Positions 36,101-45,564 of a stretch of DNA of 64,000 bases are shown here, piece after piece (the first letter of the stretch is position 1; each line of letters begins with the position of its first letter). Source of the DNA: a virus (lineage: Duplodnaviria > Heunggongvirae > Uroviricota > Caudoviricetes); the IMG/VR virus record IMGVR_UViG_3300033489_000001, positions 318,023-382,022 of that record; one strand, given 5' to 3'. The notes under the pieces are model-generated. The model searched no databases. It had not been told where the DNA came from and saw nothing but the letters and a program-made list of their open reading frames with translations. The position numbers and the translations under genes are program-made.

Positions 36101-38193
36101 GTAAATACTCCTTCGGTAACTGGTGCGGCATCAAGGGTCATCCGCCAAGCAGTGGCAAAAACATGTGGAAAAGTTAGATCAACATCGCGAGACCAAAAGA
36201 TGGGGTTGCCCCCCGGAAATGGTCCGGTCGTGTTATCAACCACCACGAGATCTGTACCACCAACAATTGAAGCTGACCCTGTACCGTGACGTACCCAGGG
36301 ATAAGTCAAACTTGCTTCTGGTAAAACAGTGGCTTGGTAATTTACGAAGATTGAACTTACTTGCCGAGACATCGGAGGGAAGGCAATTCGATGCGTCGGG
36401 GAGTTCAAAAGAAACGTATTCGGATCATTAAGTAAAGCCGAATAAGCTCGTTCATACGCCCTATACTTTAAGTCACGTTGTAACGGCTGATCAACTTTAG
36501 CCCTTAAATCTAAGGGAACAAACGTCTCAGGTCTGATGAGCGTATTGTTATAGCGGTACTTATGCTGAGAAGCATCCGTTGGACGACCGGTATCTCTGTT
36601 CCAATTATTGAGCCGAAATTCTTTAGAGTTCAATCTACGGAAATCAACTACCGGGTTACAAATCCAACAATAATCAACGTCTACCGTATCCGTAGCTGTT
36701 GGAACAGCAGGTAATACAATTTGACCTAAGAGCCCAATGACAGCGTCAGCCGTAATGGGGGAACCATTAACCCGCACGGTCACATCAGATGGATCATCTG
36801 CTATCTCTCCGTCTCGAGGATCGAATATTTCCCAAACGATGGCTCCGTCCGCTGCATCTGGAACCGAAAAACTAGCCACTACTCCTACATACCAACCGGT
36901 CAAAGGAAGAACGGCGGCTGCCCTCGATGTGATTCTGAATGTCCCCGAATTAATAGTCCCCGTAAGCGTAATGTACTTCCCGATCATTGAAAGCGTTACG
37001 GTTGCCGTTGGCAGGTATAAAGTTGTCGCGTCTTCAACAGAGGCTGTACTTCCCGTTTGAAGGGTAAGGGCTGGCTTAGTAATTGGACCGTGATCTGTAA
37101 ATACACTCCTAGAAGATAAAGCTGGGCTTCCACTAAACACTGCCAGATTAAACGTAGGGTCAATTGGATTGCCCGCAACGTCATGAGGAGTGCCTGTTGC
37201 ATTTACTTCAAGCTGATAGGAGCCATTCTCAAAGCCCACCGTTGTAAGCAGAATCTGTGTTGGGGAAATTGTACCAACGGTTTTGACTTGTACGGGGCCT
37301 TCGGCACCTAATCCCGTGATTGCGTACTCTCCCGGATTCTGCAAAACGGAATCTATCCGCATGGCTTCCGAAAAAGTAATAACAACTTGTCCTTCATCTA
37401 AAAGATCAGCACTTACAACTTGCGGCTTCGGGGCACTTGCAACAAAGCTCTGGGAAACGACAAAAGGATGCCCTGTGAGGTCTTGCAAACCATTTATATT
37501 CAAAACGTAGGTCTTAATACCCGTAGGTTTGTTAATGGTAAGGGTGACCCCCTCAAGCCCTGTAGTGTGCGTCCAAGATATGTGCCCATTCTGAGGATCC
37601 AGTAGAAACAACTGCCGATCTAATCTCAATGTACCATCTGAATAAACTACCAAGACCTTAGCAAATGGGACATAATTTCCAGTGCTCTGAAGGGAAATGA
37701 AATCTCCAACATAAATAGGAGTCGCAGCTCCGTATGGGAAAAACAAGTTAGTAAATACACTTGGGACACGAGTTAGATCAGCTAAGAATCCTGACTCACC
37801 ATTTAAGTGTGCTTCAGGGTGATTAACCAAGTTAGATATACCTATCAAACTAGAGCTACCAGTTATAGTGGCCTGCGCTTCTCTCCTACGTGCAAGAGCT
37901 GCTGAAAATGTGGAATTGGCCAACATAGCCGCTCCATTGGCATCGGTCAGATTAGCTGAAAATTCCGAAGTACCCTCCATGATTACAACAGGGGTTTCAG
38001 GATCAGAAACCACAAATCCAACACCAGACTGAATCGTAGTGTAATTTAGGGCCACATCTTGCACTACCACGGGGACGGCATCCGAGGGTTGTGCGATTAC
38101 ATAGTTGGACGGATCTGCGGCTTCTTGAAAGCCGAGAATGCTTCCGAAAGTCACCTCGAGTGAGGTTCCGTCACTGTGGATAAGCATTGCCAT
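33187..38193 (-). CDS. large baseplate/fibre protein with Ig-like and lectin-like domains
   Basis: 1668 aa; repeated W....H.YR.......FVD (LamG/ConA-like) motifs. Confidence 0.55.
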   Translation of the reverse strand: MAMLIHSDGTSLEVTFGSILGFQEAADPSNYVIAQPSDAVPVVVQDVALNYTTIQSGVGFVVSDPETPVVIMEGTSEFSANLTDANGAAMLANSTFSAALARRREAQATITGSSSLIGISNLVNHPEAHLNGESGFLADLTRVPSVFTNLFFPYGAATPIYVGDFISLQSTGNYVPFAKVLVVYSDGTLRLDRQLFLLDPQNGHISWTHTTGLEGVTLTINKPTGIKTYVLNINGLQDLTGHPFVVSQSFVASAPKPQVVSADLLDEGQVVITFSEAMRIDSVLQNPGEYAITGLGAEGPVQVKTVGTISPTQILLTTVGFENGSYQLEVNATGTPHDVAGNPIDPTFNLAVFSGSPALSSRSVFTDHGPITKPALTLQTGSTASVEDATTLYLPTATVTLSMIGKYITLTGTINSGTFRITSRAAAVLPLTGWYVGVVASFSVPDAADGAIVWEIFDPRDGEIADDPSDVTVRVNGSPITADAVIGLLGQIVLPAVPTATDTVDVDYCWICNPVVDFRRLNSKEFRLNNWNRDTGRPTDASQHKYRYNNTLIRPETFVPLDLRAKVDQPLQRDLKYRAYERAYSALLNDPNTFLLNSPTHRIAFPPMSRQVSSIFVNYQATVLPEASLTYPWVRHGTGSASIVGGTDLVVVDNTTGPFPGGNPIFWSRDVDLTFPHVFATAWRMTLDAAPVTEGVFTGVISGYSDDEKAVIVGFLLDGTTKKVGFLKAGAGNDPSNITAWTGGVDSLGVSTGAPIELDWALLHSYRIFRDRSGVIYFYVDGSIVESLRALPTEIPYLEELNVPFDELQGVFFGSISRAAENTSTWSFVRYSAIPLNPLQAAPSMFVSYEGTTPPEEASQPWTPVGFHGTETIVGGDFLLLDSTSATDLPSSSAAGLISGDFKGYSRIEPLLAASFDTILDVNVALRTFTHGITPNAVLAAIDDGDRLMQLCFFPDKAAPKFSYGGRSLPEQFAPYLWNKTGGASASMVGQYLKIEDTSTLDGLVYHLDDAVVDTDPNRIVGPIIDYDLEFRTKVLTYTPDPADFCGVMSQVYDGSRSVGVLLEEVAGNRYVRFHSDGNVLGVQFLFNWFDGEFHTYRATKSTAGNLVSLFVDGAFLGSLAYSSFTASPPTPSGQVSFGSSTSLSLQAQSSVLWAYSNFWRVNRTYDLDPVYGYRRFVGFWKGYDPNALTGYHLPLRTSGRGAAVNGNTLTDLVATFVASGVVVDDQLIVDIGLNKGVYRVTNVTPTVITVDVATPFPFQPSEVDYRIAYQTDWSVPHRYRISKDPSGGLAVYLDTLVTPIILVGYNSIDLPSCSSGIARTIAGNLPSILWGAFDPTNISQTSWDYVRFGAVRSQSELGIVPHHQVLNQRNVMASYEHHRTTIAHTHTDFWSESEGIPPQTEPDLLRDPNLVAFTLLNDGTPLVPSTQTYEVRRPTPVLVPVAGLNRPEDVLNSQGFVLNDAEQKIEIVVPDDVLYNSLKVIESTTGSPGLIAPFSDESQPYDLGTLSFQNLVCLNYDGSVLPEDDSSAPTPWSRVSDDPSHQFATAFAGILRYGTDATGTRTIYRNNTPLPDSISLETEVRFRFKVVQDSSGGLGDSQIRVGLSSPGSTIGLAFVTMVSGERYVFVVDLNNGQTVGGVLFDFLDNLYHDYRLVRVPGLSAIQIFIDS

Positions 38194-39418
38194 AAGTAAA
38201 TCGAACCATTACACGCTGAGCTAAAGATTCTTCCTTGAGATCGCTTGAAGCCAACACTGACCGGAACGATTCAACCTGGTCTCTACTCATATCCTTTCCC
38301 ATAATGTAATGTTCAAATGCTTCTGCAAAAGCTTCTTCAGCGTTACTCTTTCCATAACCACTCACTGGAGACACGGGTTTTTCAACCCCATCTTCCATAG
38401 GACCTGAGCCTTTGCTTTCAGAAAGATTTGTCCTAATAAGAGAATTGAATCTAGCGCGTTGTTCCGAATGCATGAATCTAAACCATTTTCGATGACCCAG
38501 TTCATGCACCACTGCACCTGACAACCATTCAGTTGGAGGAGCTGTCATCTCCATGACATCAGATCCACTATGATATGCTCCGGCCCGGCTTTGAAGATCC
38601 TTGTACCCTAACTTTCGATAAGCTTCTTTAGCATTTTCATCCAAAACATGAAAATTTCGGGACACAAACAGCACTCCGTACCACAGTTTTTCAAACCCCT
38701 TTTGATGTATAAGTTGATGGGCTTTATCTAGCCATTTAATATATTCTTTTGAACCTTTGGGATCCACTACAACAACCTTCATATGCCCAAGATTAAACTC
38801 TTTAAATGCAGGTTCTTCATGTTCTTCCCGCGTCGGGGAATAGCCTAAATTAGCTTCTTCTGCTTTAATCGCTTCTTCTAAACGTTTGGCGTCTATTCGC
38901 AACAAATCCAGAATTTTATCCAAAAGCTCAGTCAAATTAGCTTCCCGCTGCGTACGGTAAGGACTCTCAGGCACACCTCTCGCCTTAACATAAGTTGTAA
39001 GAAGTTCAGCAAACTTGGTCTTATACAGACCAAACATCTTCTCTCCATCAGCCTTAGTAAATGTCCCCCGGCTATATACTTCCGGTTCAGTATCCACCTG
39101 CATCCAATGTTCAGCACCTCGACGCTTATCGTTTAAAGCATCTCTCAACTCTTTGAATGCTGCTTGAACCTTCTGACCCTCCGGCATACCTTCTAAAGAA
39201 GTCAGTGGCCCCCTACGAACGAAATAAACTTGCTGTTCTAAATTGTCTACAAATTCTAACAAACGATAAAAAGCCTTAAATACATCGGACCAGTTATTAA
39301 TAGTGGGATGCAGTAAGGACAGCCAGCCTCTTCGGACTCCCATAAGCCAAGACTTTGTAAGAAGTTCAGCCCTCTTATATGTGTAAGGTTCAAAAATCAT
39401 TGGAATGATTCTCCCCAC
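38171..39418 (-). CDS. zincin metallopeptidase-like protein
   Basis: VVHELGH (HExxH), then SGYGKSNAEEAFAEAF. Confidence 0.7.
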   Translation of the reverse strand: MGRIIPMIFEPYTYKRAELLTKSWLMGVRRGWLSLLHPTINNWSDVFKAFYRLLEFVDNLEQQVYFVRRGPLTSLEGMPEGQKVQAAFKELRDALNDKRRGAEHWMQVDTEPEVYSRGTFTKADGEKMFGLYKTKFAELLTTYVKARGVPESPYRTQREANLTELLDKILDLLRIDAKRLEEAIKAEEANLGYSPTREEHEEPAFKEFNLGHMKVVVVDPKGSKEYIKWLDKAHQLIHQKGFEKLWYGVLFVSRNFHVLDENAKEAYRKLGYKDLQSRAGAYHSGSDVMEMTAPPTEWLSGAVVHELGHRKWFRFMHSEQRARFNSLIRTNLSESKGSGPMEDGVEKPVSPVSGYGKSNAEEAFAEAFEHYIMGKDMSRDQVESFRSVLASSDLKEESLAQRVMVRFTYGNAYPQ

Positions 39419-40205
39419 TCACATATCGGTTGACTTTTTTACCTAACCGATCTCTATCTCGTATGCCCTGCCAATAAGAGCGAAAATCATCATAGTAATA
39501 GATTCCCATATGCCAACGCATAGCATCCAAGATTCTGCCAATTGTGTCATTAGGTAAATAATGATCGGTAAAAATGTAACGGACATTAAAGAGCGTATGA
39601 GCGGGGCGAACGAGGTCTAAAACTTGTCTGATTGCGGAATCAGCGTTGAAAACATCTACCGGGAAACCACCCCCAGAAGGGGCTAAGTAATCAATTTGAA
39701 AGACAAACTCATCCGAGATGTCTAAGCCACTTGCCCCTCGACGAACCAAGAGAAAATCTTCTGTAACCTGAATATTCCCTGACATGAACAGGTTTATTAC
39801 ATCCCGCATAGAAGCAGGAGTAGAACCTTGAAAATAGATGGCGATTAGGTTCAGGAAGAAATTCCGAAACTCTTCATCATTCCACCCCAAATCAGGTAAT
39901 TTGCTATTGACTAAAACTAAATAACCAACTATGGAATAAAGAAAATCAGATCTTGTAGTTGAAAACTGGCGGTCACGATCAATGTCTTCTAGTGCCAACT
40001 CAATTCGAGCAAGTTCTACCGATACCGCCTTAAGCGCTTGGCTATAATTACTGCCTTGTACAGCACTCGTATAATTTGACGGCAAAAGATTGAGGAGCGT
40101 CGAGAATATGGTTTGCGCCCGTTGTATAAGCCTTAACTGATACTCTTTCCCCGTTTGGGAAGTTGTGGAATTTAACCTAGTAGGATCGAAAACAAAGCGT
40201 GCCAT
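39390..40205 (-). CDS. baseplate wedge protein (P2 gpI-like)
   Basis: Directly follows baseplate J; FR.F...I...YFQGST and LVRPAHT motifs. Confidence 0.65.
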   Translation of the reverse strand: MARFVFDPTRLNSTTSQTGKEYQLRLIQRAQTIFSTLLNLLPSNYTSAVQGSNYSQALKAVSVELARIELALEDIDRDRQFSTTRSDFLYSIVGYLVLVNSKLPDLGWNDEEFRNFFLNLIAIYFQGSTPASMRDVINLFMSGNIQVTEDFLLVRRGASGLDISDEFVFQIDYLAPSGGGFPVDVFNADSAIRQVLDLVRPAHTLFNVRYIFTDHYLPNDTIGRILDAMRWHMGIYYYDDFRSYWQGIRDRDRLGKKVNRYVSGENHSNDF

Positions 40206-43200
40206 TAGACCTCAGTAAAAGCTCTCCAGGTTAATACAAGTAGCCCTAAGTCAATCACTTCCATTGGGGCAACGTTAATGTCATGAGAACCAGAATCTCC
40301 ACGTATTACATAGCTCGCCGAAAATTCATGCTTTGACGGATCATCCGGGGGAACTCCTGAACCGAGCAAAGACACAACTACGTGATTGGCCGTCCTTCGT
40401 AATCGTTCCGCAGCATACTGATCGGGTAAGAATCCTTCAGCAGCCAATGTGGCGTCATCTGAATATCCTGTAATAATAGCGCCTCCAGACCCAATGATGT
40501 ACGCCTGATTTGAAGCGGAACACAAAAGAGCCAACGAAGAGGCTATTGTCATTGCTTCATCGTCTTGAAAAACGCCCTTATGTTCCGTTTCCAACCCGCC
40601 TCCATCAGTTGTCGGAAACTCCAAAGCATCTGCCAAGATGTAAGCAATATTCCCCCCAATATCTAGAGAAGGCAATTGAGTGTAGGTCGAAAGTATCGTT
40701 TCCCGAAGCTTTTGACTCCCATCAGCGTAAGCCATTTTAGCCATGGGAAGGACATTAAATTGAACCCCAACGCTGTCATTTATTGCTGAATCTACATTGG
40801 ACTGAGCTACATCTTCACCGATGAGCTTCTTGTCTAAAACAAGGGATACATTATTGCGTACAGCCGGATCAGTTTTTTCTTTAGTGGCCCCCTTCTTAAG
40901 CTGAACCGTTGTCTCAATATCAATGGCGTTCAGTATAGATTGTTTCACAAGAACATCTGCTGTCACATGCCGCTTACCATTAATGATGGACTGCAACTGT
41001 TGTAAGAGATCATTTATGACATACGATACAAAAAAGTTTTCATCATGGGTATAATCAATGGATACTTCTTGCCCACTTGCTATTAGAGAAGCAGAAGTTC
41101 GCACAACTCTGGCAGGCGTTGTAGAGGTGCCTTGAATGATGTCATAATCCGGTGCAGTAGATCCCGGAGCACTATACTCTACAGTTCGCAATTCATTAAA
41201 AACACGAATTGTTGCTGTATTAATTCCAATAGAGTCCAACGGCTCTTGCTCAAATCCGATCAGCACATGAAGTTCATCATTAACCGTAATGGTGTCACCA
41301 CTTGGAATGCCTCCCGATGGAGTGATCGCCACATAGTTTCGAGCAATTGTACTTTCCTCATCTAAGAGAGGATCATCAGTTTTGTATAGCTGGTAGTGGA
41401 CACCCGAAGTCAGTGCTCCTGAGACTTCACCAACAACCGAAGTAACACGGCGCACAGGTTGTAGAGTCATGTACAACCGATTCAAAACTTGGAAACGATA
41501 ATCAGCCGTAACTATGTCATCTAGGGCTGTGATGGGTTGAGCAATCGCCGTATTGAGTTGGAAAGTATTGTAGGTTAGGATAACCACTCCGGTCAAATCA
41601 TAATCACTCCCCGTGGTTACGTTCCTAACACCCAACCCCGAAGAAAGATTGTCTAAAATTTCAATGATAGGGGTTGTAGTCGTTACGCGAGAATCTAAGA
41701 CTTTGAATTGCAGATTAACTACGTCAATAATTTGACACTGAATATCGCGAGCTATCTCAAAAGTAAAAGCGAACTTGTCCTGAACCTGCCTCTCTTGTAC
41801 CCCTTGTACCCAAATATCAACCTTTCCTCCAATGTGCTTTTTCCTTACATCATCATAATCTCGCATCATGAGCGCATCTCCGCTCTTGATGATTCTACTT
41901 TTAATAATGCCAATCTTCGCAGCACTAGTTGCGGAATAACCGGTTTCCGTTCCAGTATCTACAGAGGCAAAGGCTAACATAGACCGGGTAGCTAAATCAG
42001 CATTTGATTCTTGATTGTCCCCCCAAACGGTGGCTGATTCGTTAATGGCCTGAAGCCCACTAACTCCGGTTACCGTCTTAATAGCACCAGCCGGAACGTT
42101 ACCCGCTGAACCTGACTGCTCCGCTACAATGGCGACTTGTATCTCGTAACGCCTAGCTTCAAAATTATAATAAGCTTCCGCGTTTATCGTAGGAAGTACA
42201 AACGAGCCTCCAATCCGAAAACGCTGAGCTGTAATACCCGTTGTTGCGTCCGCTGTTGAGATAGCGAAGGAACCAGCCGGTACTGAAATATCTTTTGTGG
42301 GCCTAGTTGTTGTGTAAAGAGTAAGAGATCCAACTGCTTGCCGTCCCGGAAGACGGGTTATATTTACATTGGCGGCTAACTTATCAAATTGTTGATCAAT
42401 TAATCCCTGTACAGATGAATCGTTTGTATACCCAAGAGCGGCCTTAAGAGCCTGCTTATAAGCACTGCTCGCTACAGGGTCAGAAACACCATTTCCACTT
42501 ACGTTGTCAATCGCAAGCAAAGTCAAAAAACTTTGGCTACGATGCACAAAATCTACCAAAAACCAAATACGTTCGGCTTCCGACGCAAAGGGATCAATAT
42601 CCACATCACGAGAAACGGAACCGGGAACCAGAGAAATCTCAGCATTTATCCTGAGAACGGCGCTCATGTAGTCCGTAACGATTTGCGTTTGCGTCCGACC
42701 TGGAAGATCTCGGATAGTTGTATCAATAATTAGCGGTGTACCAAGGACTTCTTGTGAATAAGGAGTTTCTACCTCCATGTTAGTTGCTGGATCAAAATAA
42801 ACACCGGTCACCACGTAATAAAGAGGATCAGTATCTGGAACGCTGATGAATTGGTCCGTGTTGATAATCCCAGTTCCCCCGGCCCGATTGTGATTAAAAA
42901 CAAGGAATTCATTGAATGTGTAGTTTTGGATAGTTCCAGTAAACCTAATTTTTCCAGCTAAAGAAGCATTATCATGAAAAGAATCCAGACGAACTGCTAG
43001 TTCCTTACCAAACTCATCTTCTTCAGAGATTCTAAGACGTATGTTCTTATTTGAACTCACGTCCCATATGGCAAGATCATCGTAGGCTACAATGTCATCT
43101 TCTTCAAACTCACTAGGGGAAGTCAGAGGTTTTTCATTAATTTTATAGTATCCTGTTGCTCCTGCGGCTGTTACTGAGGCATAAAAATTGAAACCTAAAA

Positions 43201-43636
43201 AAGTTGCGATAGTGAGTAAAGGATTGGGTTTGGCGACTAGTATATCAATGGAATTTCTGTTACGACGCACTCTAATCCCCGTAGGAGTTTGCGTTCCCGG
43301 AGTATCTTCTTCTGTAACCCGTGTCACAACCACGGAGGAAGTTGCCGAAACGCCTCCTACAAGGTCAATTGTACGAATGAGGATTGTGTTAACCCCAAAC
43401 TCTAACGGTAATCCAGTTGGATAAATCGTCAGATTAGGAATTGTGAAAGTTAGAAGAGAGAACGTAACTAAATTTGGGTCAGAAACAAATACTCCCCCAT
43501 TTATTGAAACCTGTATCGAGACGGTAGTTACATCGACGATGCCTTCAATATAAATCGCTTCTTCATTGGTCGTAAAAACCAAATTTTCAGTCGTACTTGA
43601 TCCATCTCTTAATAAAATTTGAGGAGTGGTGGCCAT
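40205..43636 (-). CDS. baseplate J-like wedge protein
   Basis: PGSVSRD, R.....A.G......VPAG, A...G..GNVPAGAI, N......G...ESNADL..R, GGKVDIWV. Confidence 0.85.
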   Translation of the reverse strand: MATTPQILLRDGSSTTENLVFTTNEEAIYIEGIVDVTTVSIQVSINGGVFVSDPNLVTFSLLTFTIPNLTIYPTGLPLEFGVNTILIRTIDLVGGVSATSSVVVTRVTEEDTPGTQTPTGIRVRRNRNSIDILVAKPNPLLTIATFLGFNFYASVTAAGATGYYKINEKPLTSPSEFEEDDIVAYDDLAIWDVSSNKNIRLRISEEDEFGKELAVRLDSFHDNASLAGKIRFTGTIQNYTFNEFLVFNHNRAGGTGIINTDQFISVPDTDPLYYVVTGVYFDPATNMEVETPYSQEVLGTPLIIDTTIRDLPGRTQTQIVTDYMSAVLRINAEISLVPGSVSRDVDIDPFASEAERIWFLVDFVHRSQSFLTLLAIDNVSGNGVSDPVASSAYKQALKAALGYTNDSSVQGLIDQQFDKLAANVNITRLPGRQAVGSLTLYTTTRPTKDISVPAGSFAISTADATTGITAQRFRIGGSFVLPTINAEAYYNFEARRYEIQVAIVAEQSGSAGNVPAGAIKTVTGVSGLQAINESATVWGDNQESNADLATRSMLAFASVDTGTETGYSATSAAKIGIIKSRIIKSGDALMMRDYDDVRKKHIGGKVDIWVQGVQERQVQDKFAFTFEIARDIQCQIIDVVNLQFKVLDSRVTTTTPIIEILDNLSSGLGVRNVTTGSDYDLTGVVILTYNTFQLNTAIAQPITALDDIVTADYRFQVLNRLYMTLQPVRRVTSVVGEVSGALTSGVHYQLYKTDDPLLDEESTIARNYVAITPSGGIPSGDTITVNDELHVLIGFEQEPLDSIGINTATIRVFNELRTVEYSAPGSTAPDYDIIQGTSTTPARVVRTSASLIASGQEVSIDYTHDENFFVSYVINDLLQQLQSIINGKRHVTADVLVKQSILNAIDIETTVQLKKGATKEKTDPAVRNNVSLVLDKKLIGEDVAQSNVDSAINDSVGVQFNVLPMAKMAYADGSQKLRETILSTYTQLPSLDIGGNIAYILADALEFPTTDGGGLETEHKGVFQDDEAMTIASSLALLCSASNQAYIIGSGGAIITGYSDDATLAAEGFLPDQYAAERLRRTANHVVVSLLGSGVPPDDPSKHEFSASYVIRGDSGSHDINVAPMEVIDLGLLVLTWRAFTEV

Positions 43637-43647
43637 TTATAAATTCC

Positions 43648-44772
43648 TTACCCGGATAAAACAGTACTACTTAAAGATTGTCTAATCGTTCCTTGAGTCA
43701 GGGCCAAACTTTGAGGTGATCTTAATCCTCGTGTGAATTGGATTGACTTATTAGATCTATTCTGAACCGTTATGTCAACAAATATGACGGTGGGATCTTG
43801 ATCCGATTTTTGAAGGTTTACAGAAAGGAGCCTAAAAGGAAACTCTTCATCTGTCACAAGTTGACCAACATCCTCTTCTTGCTGACGCTTAATCGATTGC
43901 CACCGATTGAATGCTTGATAGAGATCTGACACAACCATGTTTTGTGCAAACCCACTAGCTGACAGTTTCTTGCCAATGGACTCAATAAGCTGTGTGCCAT
44001 ACCAGGTGTGGAATTGATTGCTGCCTTGCATGGTGTAAAAATCTTTTTGCAGTTCTTGAATAAGTAAAGCTTCATCTCTGACTTCAACGATGTCCCCATT
44101 CAAATCATAGCGCCAATCATTCTCATACCCAGTACCCCCACAACGACGGCACTCTTCCCGTAGTGTGACATAAGAAATCTCCACAAAGTTAGAATCACTT
44201 TTTAGAGGTTCATCAAATATGATCAGCCTTGCTGGACGATCTGCAAGCGTGGTAGGGTCACTAACAAGGGTCCATCCCGGAACCGATTGCTGACCTCGAT
44301 AATTGCGGTTAGTTGTAAAACCAAACACGCTCGCCGCTGTACTGGTAGCTTTCAAGAAAATACTAGCTGAAGGCCCTGAATTTCTTGTAGTAAACACTAA
44401 ACGCTCATTTACAACCGAAAAGAATATTCCCGTAAACTGTTGATTCAGTAAGTCTACAACACGAGAAGCAGTCATCTGATTTAGAGCTGGAAGCGTAACT
44501 GTTTGTAAGGCCCCTTCATTCACCGTCAATTCTAAAATATCGTTGACACCGGTTGTAATGCTAAAAGGACCACGTCTTGTTCCTGAAGAAGTGGCAGGTA
44601 AAAAAACGCCAGATGAAGGTACAGGAATTAGGTTATTGAGCAAAACCTTAACTGAAGAAGCCGATGAAATGGGCCTTAAAGGACTTACAGTTTGCCGATC
44701 AGAAGCTGGAAAGAGAGCTTCCTCGGTTACTGCATGGGGACAAACTTGATCTAGTAAGCGGTCGGCTGACAC
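43648..44772 (-). CDS. baseplate protein with gp25-like C-terminus
   Basis: Upstream of J; CRRCGG; L.Q...K...T..GSN.FH.WYGT.L...IG. Confidence 0.6.
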   Translation of the reverse strand: MSADRLLDQVCPHAVTEEALFPASDRQTVSPLRPISSASSVKVLLNNLIPVPSSGVFLPATSSGTRRGPFSITTGVNDILELTVNEGALQTVTLPALNQMTASRVVDLLNQQFTGIFFSVVNERLVFTTRNSGPSASIFLKATSTAASVFGFTTNRNYRGQQSVPGWTLVSDPTTLADRPARLIIFDEPLKSDSNFVEISYVTLREECRRCGGTGYENDWRYDLNGDIVEVRDEALLIQELQKDFYTMQGSNQFHTWYGTQLIESIGKKLSASGFAQNMVVSDLYQAFNRWQSIKRQQEEDVGQLVTDEEFPFRLLSVNLQKSDQDPTVIFVDITVQNRSNKSIQFTRGLRSPQSLALTQGTIRQSLSSTVLSG

Positions 44773-44782
44773 TTTATTTTCC

Positions 44783-45517
44783 TTAAACTTGAGGTTTTAC
44801 GGGGCCATCTAAGGTACGTTCATAAGAAGTAGCTGTAGCTCCTTTTTCACTAGGCGTGTAACCTGCCATTGGAGCCCTGGCCAATTTTCCATGTGGATCG
44901 AGGTTAGCCTCGTCATTCGTGGCAGCCATATATGCACTATCAGTAATTAAGGTGCCCATTTCCTTAATGTAAAATTCCAAAGACCCCTCAGTATCTACGC
45001 TGGCTTTAAGTAATTTTAACTCTTTGATTTCAGCATCTAACTGTTCTGCGTAATCAACAGCCCTGCGAATCTTTCGCTCTAGGTAGTCACGCCGTCTATG
45101 TAAATCTCCTTCGATCCACTTCCGCATCTTTTGCATAATGGTAGCGGATGGGGCATCGGCCATACCCAAAACGCTTATTACTTCACCGTTGCTCAATAAT
45201 TGAGCCGGTTGGGTTTCACTTCCTTCTAATCTAAAAACCGGTTGGGAAGCGTTACGAACTTGCAAATCAAACTCAGCATCCCCACCAAGAGCTTCATAAG
45301 CCCCGAAAAGTTTACCACAGTAGGTATTTGGGGGATCATCTTTAAAAGCCGTAGGCAAGCCCCCTGAATCGTACGCAAAAGCCAAATTCCCAACGCGATC
45401 ACGTTCCGCTTGAAGATGAGCTATCCGAGCATCAATAAGCTGCACCTGATTGCGCACGTAGGTCTGGAACCGCGCAAACTGACTGGCAGTGAACGTTCCC
45501 TGAATGTCGTGGCTCAT
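44783..45517 (-). CDS. hypothetical virion protein
   Basis: 244-aa ORF in the structural operon. Confidence 0.6.
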   Translation of the reverse strand: MSHDIQGTFTASQFARFQTYVRNQVQLIDARIAHLQAERDRVGNLAFAYDSGGLPTAFKDDPPNTYCGKLFGAYEALGGDAEFDLQVRNASQPVFRLEGSETQPAQLLSNGEVISVLGMADAPSATIMQKMRKWIEGDLHRRRDYLERKIRRAVDYAEQLDAEIKELKLLKASVDTEGSLEFYIKEMGTLITDSAYMAATNDEANLDPHGKLARAPMAGYTPSEKGATATSYERTLDGPVKPQV

Positions 45518-45564
45518 TTTTAAAAACTCTCAACCTTTTCTTTAGAACTATGATAAGAGAGTTT

